Shown: positions 6,635 to 12,744 of the stretch, piece after piece | Layout: each line of letters opens with the position of its first letter | How positions within the stretch are numbered: position 1 is the stretch's first letter | IMG/VR virus record: IMGVR_UViG_3300018004_000004 | Location: 62,001 to 126,000 of that record | Length of the DNA stretch: 64,000 nt | Direction: 5' to 3' (one strand) | Translations under genes and position numbers: made by a program | Notes under the pieces: model-generated | Seen by the model: only the letters and a program-made list of their open reading frames with translations | Databases searched by the model: none | Told to the model about the DNA's origin: nothing

Positions 6635-6720
6635 GAACGATACAATGGGCGGATGCATTCGATTGCTAGGCCTGCTTAGTTAGCAGGCCCGCGGACTGCC
6701 GTCCCCGGACCTTGTAGTTC
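6635..6720 (+). ncRNA. candidate rod-like structured RNA
   Basis: Nested GAAC/GTTC, TACAA/TTGTA, GGGCGG/CCGTCC and terminal GGCCTGCT/AGCAGGCC helices. Confidence 0.4.
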
Positions 6721-6723
6721 AAG

Positions 6724-6802
6724 GCGCTGGTGGACAAAATGGCAAAGCCGCCTCGTTCAGACCGAGGAGATTTTGTGGGTTCGAATCCCACCCAGCGCAC
6801 CA
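6724..6802 (+). tRNA. tRNA-Leu(CAG) lacking the long variable arm
   Basis: CCTCG-TTCAGAC-CGAGG; Leu-type D arm; variable region only AGATTTT; A73; CCA. Confidence 0.88.
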
Positions 6803-6815
6803 AGTTTATCGATGT

Positions 6816-6904
6816 GCTGGAGTGGCGTAACTGGCAGCCGCGCAGGGCTCAAGCCCCTGTGGCCCTAGAAAGCCGTGAGAGTTCGAATCTCTCCTTCAGC
6901 ACCA
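6816..6904 (+). tRNA. tRNA-Leu(CAA)
   Basis: CAGGG-CTCAAGC-CCCTG; long variable arm; CCA. Confidence 0.95.
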
Positions 6905-6905
6905 A

Positions 6906-6990
6906 GTACCTGTGCTGAAACTGGTAGCCAGCCGCGGTTGAGAGCCGCGTGCCGCAAGGCGTGGAGGTTCGAATCCTCTCAGGTACACCA
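6906..6990 (+). tRNA. tRNA-Leu(GAG)
   Basis: CGCGG-TTGAGAG-CCGCG; GCC-GCAA-GGC variable arm; CCA. Confidence 0.95.
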
Positions 6991-6995
6991 AGATT

Positions 6996-7313
6996 ATGAT
7001 ACCAACGCTTCTCAAGATCGCAGTGGGTATTCTGATTCCGGCCGCAACAGCAGACGGAGTCAGCACAGCTCACTTTCTGAGGAAAGGTTACACTGAAGCA
7101 GATCGAATCATGATCTGGATCTACGGCACCGATGATCCTTCAGTGAAGAGGATGTGGGTTCGTAGCAGCATTGCCGTAGCACTCGAGGTCCTTGTAGCAG
7201 GTATTGCAGCGCATTACTGGACACCTGCAGGATACGGATTTGGAGTTGGGTATCTGTGCCAGGCAGCTTATCACGTCTACTGTACAGTGAACAACTATAG
7301 GAACGTGCCATGA
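6996..7313 (+). CDS. small multi-pass membrane protein (DUF5658-like)
   Basis: Three hydrophobic segments; D..ST...L.KG..E motif shared with 7496-7849. Confidence 0.7.
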   Translation: MIPTLLKIAVGILIPAATADGVSTAHFLRKGYTEADRIMIWIYGTDDPSVKRMWVRSSIAVALEVLVAGIAAHYWTPAGYGFGVGYLCQAAYHVYCTVNNYRNVP

Positions 7314-7381
7314 AAGGCGGACAGAGCAGCGGAGTCGGTTATCGTAGCGCTTAATGAGCGCACGGAGAGGTGCGCTTCCAT

Positions 7382-7471
7382 GGAGGCGCAGCAGAGACGG
7401 GGATCTGCACTTGGCCGTAACCCAAGGTCCCAACGGGACTAGAGAAGGTTCAAATCCTTCCGTCTCCACCA
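7382..7471 (+). tRNA. tRNA-Tyr(GTA) with C33 and C8
   Basis: GGAGGCG/CGTCTCC acceptor; CTTGG-CCGTAAC-CCAAG; GTCCC/GGGAC variable arm; A73; CCA. Confidence 0.9.
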
Positions 7472-7495
7472 AGTTTAGAAGTACAAGGAGCAAAT

Positions 7496-7849
7496 ATGTT
7501 TGATCCATCGACAGATCCAAGAACGTGGCCCAATCAACCGGGCTTCTGGGAATCACTCGGTATCTTCGTTCTGTATGCTTACATGCTCGTTGCTATCCTG
7601 GGCGACACGTATTACACAGGGGTCGGACTGGCAAAGGGATTGAAGGAAATGAATCCTATCAATCGCTGGCTCTTCCCCAAGTTGGGTCAAGCATTGACTT
7701 GTTTTGTTGAAGCCGCGGCAATCACAGTAGTAGGTGGAGTCTTCATGGCCTATAGTATGCCGCTGGCTTATGGTTATTGGGGACTCATCGCAGCCCTCGA
7801 AACCTGGATGGTTTATCGTAATCGCAAGATCCTAGGATTGAGTTTGTAA
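7496..7849 (+). CDS. small multi-pass membrane protein (DUF5658-like)
   Basis: AAGGAG RBS; GDTYYTGVGLAKGLKEMNPINRWLF motif; three TM segments. Confidence 0.8.
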   Translation: MFDPSTDPRTWPNQPGFWESLGIFVLYAYMLVAILGDTYYTGVGLAKGLKEMNPINRWLFPKLGQALTCFVEAAAITVVGGVFMAYSMPLAYGYWGLIAALETWMVYRNRKILGLSL

Positions 7850-7895
7850 TGACGCGCGCACTAGAGCCACGACCCGAACGACCGTAAAAGGTCAC

Positions 7896-7969
7896 CGGGG
7901 TGTGTTCTAGTGGTAGGATCCATGCGTCGGAAGCATGGGGCGGAGGTTCGATTCCTCCCACCCCGACCA
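7896..7969 (+). tRNA. tRNA-Pro(CGG) with G32 and A37
   Basis: CATGC-GTCGGAA-GCATG; C1-G72, A73; CCA. Confidence 0.92.
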
Positions 7970-7978
7970 GATTTCCGT

Positions 7979-8053
7979 GGGGCAGTGGCGCAACGGGAGC
8001 GCAGATGCTTTGCAAGCATAAGGTTGTGGGTTCGATTCCCATCTGCTCCACCA
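7979..8053 (+). tRNA. tRNA-Ala(TGC)
   Basis: G3.U70; loop TTTGCAA; CCA. Confidence 0.95.
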
Positions 8054-8063
8054 AGGATTGACA

Positions 8064-8276
8064 ATGATCATCGAATCATACGTAACTGAAGTAGTAGATA
8101 CCGACACGAAGCAGAAGAGAGCTTTTGTCGGTGTAGTTGGTGGCGAAGTACTGTTGGATGTTCCCTTCAAGGATACCGATAACGAGAATCTGATCAAGAC
8201 TCTCGTATGCGCTATCAGGGTTCTCGAACAGAAGCTGGTAGATGCTGGCCAGCCGCCATTTGGTGGTATAGTTTAA
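8064..8276 (+). CDS. hypothetical protein
   Basis: AAGGA RBS; 70 aa; fills the tRNA gap. Confidence 0.7.
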   Translation: MIIESYVTEVVDTDTKQKRAFVGVVGGEVLLDVPFKDTDNENLIKTLVCAIRVLEQKLVDAGQPPFGGIV

Positions 8277-8279
8277 CGC

Positions 8280-8357
8280 AGGCCGGTCGTTTAGCCCGGT
8301 CCAGGACCTCGGTCTCCAAAACCGATGACGGTGGTTCAAATCCATCCTGGCCTGCCA
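8280..8357 (+). tRNA. tRNA-Trp(CCA)
   Basis: TCGGT-CTCCAAA-ACCGA; G73; CCA. Confidence 0.95.
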
Positions 8358-8366
8358 AAGGATTTG

Positions 8367-8375
8367 TGGTATAAT
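8367..8375 (+). promoter_or_regulatory. extended -10 promoter element TGGTATAAT
   Basis: Exact TGnTATAAT upstream of the Ser/Ser/Phe tRNA group. Confidence 0.6.
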
Positions 8376-8438
8376 AAAAACATGAACGATACAGCCAACT
8401 CGAGTAGTAGAAGCTCATCACGATCTACCCGTGTATAC

Positions 8439-8528
8439 GGAGGGTTGGCTGAGTTTGGAAAGGCGCCAGGTTGCTAACCTGAGGCCTGGTGAAAGCCAGC
8501 GTAGGTTCAAATCCTACACCCTCCGCCA
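8439..8528 (+). tRNA. tRNA-Ser(GCT)
   Basis: Loop TTGCTAA; long variable arm; G73; CCA. Confidence 0.95.
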
Positions 8529-8534
8529 AGTTTA

Positions 8535-8623
8535 GGAGGGCAGCGCTGAATGGTCGGCAACGGTCCCGAAAACCGAGACTCGTCGAAAGGCGAGACAGAG
8601 TTCGATTCTCTGGCCCTCCTCCA
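8535..8623 (+). tRNA. tRNA-Ser(CGA) with C33, A8 and U73
   Basis: GGAGGGC/GCCCTCC; CGGT-CCCGAAA-ACCG; long variable arm CTCGTC-GAAA-GGCGAG; CCA. Confidence 0.88.
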
Positions 8624-8625
8624 AA

Positions 8626-8699
8626 CCCGCGGTCGTTCAATGGTAGGACCCCTGACTGAAGATCAGGAGATGATGGTTCGAATCCATCCCAAGGGACCA
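8626..8699 (+). tRNA. tRNA-Phe(GAA), two acceptor-stem mismatches, G37
   Basis: CCTGA-CTGAAGA-TCAGG; CCCGCGG/CCAAGGG acceptor; CCA. Confidence 0.88.
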
Positions 8700-8706
8700 C
8701 AAGTTT

Positions 8707-8877
8707 ATGAGTAGTACAGAAGATCTGATTTACAGGCTGCGCAAGCGCGCTGAGATACGAAGGCAGATAACTACACGCAAGAGCGTACAAGAAGGAAAGC
8801 CTGATCGTATCGCCGATCTTCTGGAAGAAGCAGCCAATGAGCTGCAAAGATTATTGGATTTGACCTGTAGTAGATGA
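8707..8877 (+). CDS. small conserved-type phage protein (56 aa), absent from the ORF track
   Basis: MSSTEDLIYRLRKRAEIRRQITTRKSVQEGKPDRIADLLEEAANELQRLLDLTCSR*. Confidence 0.8.
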   Translation: MSSTEDLIYRLRKRAEIRRQITTRKSVQEGKPDRIADLLEEAANELQRLLDLTCSR

Positions 8878-9002
8878 GTAGTCCTTGTATTCTGGCTCTG
8901 CCATTCGGAAATAGCAGAGCGCGTCAATCGGCACGGTGTTGTACAATCCGTGGTGGCGCTCACGGATTACAACGAGACTAATCATCTAGGTCAGTTGTTC
9001 TT

Positions 9003-9096
9003 AGGTCTGCAGGAGCTGTAGTCACCACTGCATAAGCTGGTGCCCCCACATTACGGGGGAGAGCTGGCGTCGCCTTTGAGTGCTACAGTTAGACCT
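9003..9096 (+). ncRNA. candidate rod-like structured RNA with internal bubble
   Basis: AGGTCT/AGACCT; AGCTGTAG(T)CAC/GTGCTACAGTT bulged helix; terminal CCCCC/GGGGG hairpin. Confidence 0.5.
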
Positions 9097-9107
9097 TCGT
9101 ATTTCGC

Positions 9108-9186
9108 GGTGATATGGGACAGTCTGGCCTACTCCGCTCCCCTGTCACGGGAAACCTCGCCGGTTCAAATCCGGCTATCACCGCCA
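9108..9186 (+). tRNA. tRNA-Asp(GTC)
   Basis: Loop CTGTCAC; G73; CCA. Confidence 0.93.
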
Positions 9187-9187
9187 A

Positions 9188-9262
9188 GGCCCTATCGTCT
9201 ATGGGATAGGACTCCGGCTTCTCAAGCCGGCAACCCGGGTTCGATTCCCGGTGGGGTCACCA
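9188..9262 (+). tRNA. tRNA-Glu(CTC)
   Basis: CCGGC-TTCTCAA-GCCGG; CCA. Confidence 0.95.
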
Positions 9263-9296
9263 GTTTAACTTAGTCAAGGTCGGAGGACCAAGTACT

Positions 9297-9743
9297 ATGA
9301 GTAATGAAAAGAAAGACGCTACGCTTGGTATGTCACACGGTACGGCTACAAATAGATTACGTAAGCAGATAATGTTTAGATTACTGCAACGTTTGAATGA
9401 GAACTTTTGCTTTCGTTGTGGATGTGAAATACAATCAGTAGATGATCTAAGCATCGAACATAAGCAGCCTTGGGAAGGTATCAGTGCTGACTTATTCTGG
9501 GATGAAGAGAACATTGCCTTTTCTCACTTGCGATGCAATAGACCAGATAGACCAAGCGGTAGAAATGCGAATGCCAAGATTCCACCAATAGAAGGTGTAT
9601 GCTGGTGCGTTCCTGGCGATCATTTTGCTCCAGTCGATAACTTCTACAAGAATGAAAGTAGACCGACAGGATTACAGAACTGGTGCAAGGATCATAGACC
9701 TCCTCGATTAGGAGGCTACCACAAGTTTGCGATGCTCTGTTAG
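9297..9743 (+). CDS. HNH endonuclease with C-terminal Zn-binding domain
   Basis: CFRCG...LSIEHKQPW...NIAFSHLRCN; C-terminal CWC..DHF...NFYKN.SRPTGLQNWCKDH. Confidence 0.88.
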   Translation: MSNEKKDATLGMSHGTATNRLRKQIMFRLLQRLNENFCFRCGCEIQSVDDLSIEHKQPWEGISADLFWDEENIAFSHLRCNRPDRPSGRNANAKIPPIEGVCWCVPGDHFAPVDNFYKNESRPTGLQNWCKDHRPPRLGGYHKFAMLC

Positions 9744-9930
9744 TCAGCCGTGTATACGGAACATCATCGCCGATACGGTGACGTTAATCAACAGGAGTGT
9801 AACGAGCCTCGAAAACTCGTTTCGTCTGAAAAACCTCCGACCCTTGAGTTTAGATGTGTCGAGCGAGGACACATCGCATGGCTATCTGGGCGCCTCGAGC
9901 CGAAGGGTAGCCAGAGTTTAGCGGGACTAA
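9740..9930 (+). ncRNA. candidate ~190-nt multi-hairpin RNA directly after the HNH gene
   Basis: TTAGTC/GACTAA closing stem; hairpins CCGTG/TACGG, CATCG/CGGTG, AACGAG/CTCGTT, GATGTGTC/GACACATC, TGGCTATC/GGTAGCCA. Confidence 0.6.
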
Positions 9931-9940
9931 GTAGCTAGTG

Positions 9941-9990
9941 CTTTCCCCATCGGCTGCTACCTTGCCGTCGGCGGCATGGCCAGGGGAAAG
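9941..9990 (+). other. intergenic hairpin
   Basis: CTTTCCCC/GGGGAAAG closing stem with inner TGCCG/CGGCA. Confidence 0.45.
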
Positions 9991-10035
9991 GATCCTGTTC
10001 GCGACTGGATCTCACCCGCGGGTTTAGGAGACACA

Positions 10036-10194
10036 ATGTTTACACTTCTCAAGGTTGTAGTGGAAGGGATTCTTACCCTTCTTGTTTTCTTTGGCGGCAT
10101 GAAGTTCCAGCAACACTACCCTAACTTCATTGCGCGCGTTGATAGTATCCTAGCATGGATCAAGAACATCCTGCCAGGTACAACGAAGTCTTAA
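10036..10194 (+). CDS. small membrane protein (52 aa)
   Basis: TAGGAG RBS; MFTLLKVVVEGILTLLVFFGGMKF. Confidence 0.75.
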   Translation: MFTLLKVVVEGILTLLVFFGGMKFQQHYPNFIARVDSILAWIKNILPGTTKS

Positions 10195-10196
10195 GT

Positions 10197-10271
10197 GCCC
10201 AAGTCGTACATGGGTTAGGATCCCAATCTTTCAAGTTGGGGAACAGAGTTCGAGTCTCTGCTCGGGTACCA
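10197..10271 (+). tRNA. tRNA-Glu(TTC)
   Basis: CCAAT-CTTTCAA-GTTGG; CAGAG-TTCGAGT-CTCTG; CCA. Confidence 0.9.
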
Positions 10272-10272
10272 A

Positions 10273-10422
10273 ATGAACTTCAAGCGAAAGCGACCAAAGA
10301 ACGCACGCAGTGGCTGCCTAATGTGCAAGCCACATAAGATGAATGGAATCAAACATACTTACCATGTCAAAGGTATCAGAGGCAAGGTGAACATCAAGGA
10401 TTTAGAACGGAGAGTGGCCTAG
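10273..10422 (+). CDS. small basic CxxC protein (49 aa), absent from the ORF track
   Basis: MNFKRKRPKNARSGCLMCKPHKMNG...; the 3' end overlaps tRNA-Pro. Confidence 0.7.
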   Translation: MNFKRKRPKNARSGCLMCKPHKMNGIKHTYHVKGIRGKVNIKDLERRVA

Positions 10423-10486
10423 TCCGGTTTAAGGCGCGTGCCTTGGGCGCACGAGATCGAGAGTTCAAATCTCTCCTCTCCGACCA
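10408..10486 (+). tRNA. tRNA-Pro(TGG)
   Basis: CGTGC-CTTGGGC-GCACG; CCA. Confidence 0.95.
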
Positions 10487-10501
10487 TTTTGGAGCAACAC
10501 A

Positions 10502-10930
10502 ATGATGGATCTATTGCATAAGTTCTTACTGGGTGGCGAGATCTTCGCCGGCGCCGTAGCAAGCCTGGTATTTGTTTCTGTAGCAATAGGATCCATTAGA
10601 CACTGGGTGGACAAGGGCGCCAAGCCATTTGTCTATCCTGATGACGTACCTCTGGCAGAAGCCAAGGCAGCAGCAGAACCATACTGGCACAGAGCGCTGG
10701 TAGCTTTGGACATCTTCCTGAACGTGGTAGTCTTGTTTGGAGCCCAGGATGAGACGATGTCGACTCATGCCTGGCGCGCGGCGGTAGCCGGCAAGCTCTG
10801 GGGCAAGCTCATGAACCTGTGGCTCAATGGTTTTCAGCCTCAGCATGGCCCTCAGGCAGCTTCCGGCGATCTCGAACGAGCATTGGCTCGTGTTGCAGTA
10901 CTCATGAAAGCTTTGGGCTTATCTAAGTAA
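10502..10930 (+). CDS. membrane-anchored hypothetical phage protein
   Basis: GGAG RBS; N-terminal TM; ALD...N....G..DET.S..A.R motif. Confidence 0.75.
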   Translation: MMDLLHKFLLGGEIFAGAVASLVFVSVAIGSIRHWVDKGAKPFVYPDDVPLAEAKAAAEPYWHRALVALDIFLNVVVLFGAQDETMSTHAWRAAVAGKLWGKLMNLWLNGFQPQHGPQAASGDLERALARVAVLMKALGLSK

Positions 10931-11133
10931 TGCTGGCCTTCTGGAAGTACGTGCATCGCTGCACGAACAAAGAACGAACCCGAATCATCATCGGGTATCC
11001 TTCAGCAGTCTGCAGTATGCACAGCGAAACAGACTACGGCCAGATGTCTATCAGCGGATTGTTCTATAGGCTAACAAGATCCAAGAAGATCTTTAAGCCT
11101 GCTGTTCCGGACTTTGCAACTAGTCCTTTTTGA
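10930..11133 (+). CDS. hypothetical protein
   Basis: TAATG overlap with the upstream gene; 67 aa. Confidence 0.5.
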   Translation: MLAFWKYVHRCTNKERTRIIIGYPSAVCSMHSETDYGQMSISGLFYRLTRSKKIFKPAVPDFATSPF

Positions 11134-11137
11134 TCTT

Positions 11138-11483
11138 GGGGACGTCCCGGTTTCGACAGATAGCGGAACGACCTGAATGCATGCCGGTGCCTGACGACCG
11201 TAACTGTTGGAAAACTTTAACTGCAGAGTTTGAAGAACTGCCGTTGGCTGCTTAAAGCAGCCACGTCCTACCTGACGATGCCTATTGATTGGGCTAGGGC
11301 GTAAACTAGTGGGCTAAGCTTCCCGGGTCAGCTCCCTGCGAGCCGGGCGGATGAAAACCAAGAAGGGATACTGGGACCTCACTTGTCCGGTCTGTAGGCC
11401 CCTGAGAAACCGAACGGAATAAGCATGTAGTATTCATAAGTAATGCTTTCTGGACACGGGTTCAACTCCCGTCGTCTCCACCA
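11138..11483 (+). ncRNA. ssrA: tmRNA; tag ORF 11223-11255 = (A)AEFEELPLAA*
   Basis: 5' GGGGACGTCCCGGTTTCGAC; 3' GACACGGGTTCAACTCCCGTCGTCTCCACCA with G3.U70; TAACT before the GCA resume codon; stop codon inside a hairpin. Confidence 0.96.
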
Positions 11484-11502
11484 AGTGTAAAGGAAGGAAG
11501 AA

Positions 11503-12258
11503 GTGGCTCTCATAGCATTCGTTGGTGATACACACTACAGGTTCTATGAGATGTATGCTGCGTTGGCTGCCTGGCAACTACGTACAGGCAACCTGTTAGA
11601 CGCGATCATCCACGTAGGTGATTTTGGAGTTGATAAGTTCAATCCCCAGTGGGCTCACCTCTGGGAACGCGACAAGCAAGTTCCAATAGAGACTTATGTA
11701 AACATGGGCAACCATGAGAATCATGAGTCTATCAAAAAGTGGCAAGCCGAGCCTAATAGAATAGCTCGCTTGCACCTCCTGCCAGATGGCGGTGTCACTG
11801 ACATCGCTGGTGTAAAGGTTGCATCCGTCTGGGGAAACTACAGTCCCCGGAGCTGGATGAATCCTGATATAGTTAAGTGCGCAAGGAATCACTCGGTTCC
11901 AGGTAGTTTGAAAGCACTGCATATCTATCGTCCTCACGTTCTTGAGCTTCTCAGGTACGATGGGCCGGTGGATGTCTTAGTTACACATGATTGTTCGACA
12001 GCTGTTGTGCCATGGAAGTTCGCAGGCAAACCAGTACCAGAAGGTCTGCGCGCAGTCCTGGGACTAGATCACGATGAGACAGTACCTCCAGGATGTCCTG
12101 GATTTACGCAGCTGCTCAACAAGTTCAAACCTACATACCATTTCTACGGACACATGCATCTGAAAGACGTTCAGGAAAGGGAAGGAACCAAGGTTATCTG
12201 CCTAAATGCATTCGACTTCAATCAAAACGAAGCAGTTGAGATTGTGGCTTTCAAATAA
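11503..12258 (+). CDS. calcineurin-like metallophosphoesterase (Dbr1-like motif spacing)
   Basis: GDTH, GDFG, GNHE, DVLVTHD, FYGHMH motifs. Confidence 0.92.
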   Translation: MALIAFVGDTHYRFYEMYAALAAWQLRTGNLLDAIIHVGDFGVDKFNPQWAHLWERDKQVPIETYVNMGNHENHESIKKWQAEPNRIARLHLLPDGGVTDIAGVKVASVWGNYSPRSWMNPDIVKCARNHSVPGSLKALHIYRPHVLELLRYDGPVDVLVTHDCSTAVVPWKFAGKPVPEGLRAVLGLDHDETVPPGCPGFTQLLNKFKPTYHFYGHMHLKDVQEREGTKVICLNAFDFNQNEAVEIVAFK

Positions 12259-12270
12259 TACTACATGTGA

Positions 12271-12312
12271 CTGCGCATGGGTGCGACTGATTACGGGTTG
12301 CATCTGGCGCAG
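12271..12312 (+). other. strong intergenic hairpin
   Basis: CTGCGC/GCGCAG plus GGGTGCGACT/GGTTGCATCT. Confidence 0.45.
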
Positions 12313-12447
12313 AAACGTAATACTATACGACGGCCGTGCTAACCCAAGCATCCAACTACAACGGCAGGAGCTATAGAAGATCTTCAAGAGAGCATTCAGC
12401 TTGTTGGTCTCGTGGGAAAGCAAACCTAACATAGATATTAAACAAAC

Positions 12448-12485
12448 AAAGGGCCCAAGAGGAAGTTCTCTTGGGCCCCTTTTTT
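12448..12485. terminator. intrinsic terminator at the convergence of the two blocks (likely bidirectional)
   Basis: AAA-GGGCCCAAGAG-GAAGTT-CTCTTGGGCCC-CTTTTTT. Confidence 0.9.
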
Positions 12486-12502
12486 ATCTGTATAAGACTC
12501 GG

Positions 12503-12703
12503 TTATGGAATGAGCACCACCGAGGAACCATCATCAGTCAGTTGAAGTCTCTGACCTGGCTTCAGTGTAACTCCTGCTGCTGTAGCCAAAAAGTTCACAT
12601 AAGCTGTGTGAGCTGTATGTGCATTTTGCTGTGCAGCTGCAAAAGTCGCCTTGAGAGCAAGAGCCTGCGTCTGCTGTACTGTTGTTAATGTTACTGACTT
12701 CAT
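12503..12703 (-). CDS. small hypothetical protein (possible fibre chaperone)
   Basis: AAGGAG RBS; last gene of the structural operon. Confidence 0.75.
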   Translation of the reverse strand: MKSVTLTTVQQTQALALKATFAAAQQNAHTAHTAYVNFLATAAGVTLKPGQRLQLTDDGSSVVLIP

Positions 12704-12744
12704 TGTGTTTCTCCTTGTCGGAACCGCTTTGCTCCGAGATTAGA

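Noticed and set aside
6724-6802. Opal suppressor / tRNA-Sec reading (TCA inside TTCAGAC)
   Set aside because: Stem register puts CAG at 34-36. There is no long variable arm or extended acceptor stem as in tRNA-Sec.
1545-9273. ORF-track entries overlapping tRNA genes (e.g. 1545-1727, 2016-2276, 3706-4013, 6730-7096, 7785-8197, 8425-8847, 9040-9273) and the 6152 start for Pth2
   Set aside because: They are translations of tRNA sequence on either strand; the tRNA cloverleaves explain the DNA.
1600-11500. CRISPR array or regular repeat array
   Set aside because: The recurring GGTTCGAATCC words are tRNA T arms. No constant repeat with unique spacers was seen.
1250-12440. RNase P RNA, SRP RNA or 6S RNA assignment for the structured spacers
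   Set aside because: I did not find the diagnostic sequences (RNase P GAGGAAAGTCC, SRP domain IV CAGG..GGAA..AGCAG), so the spacers are left unassigned.
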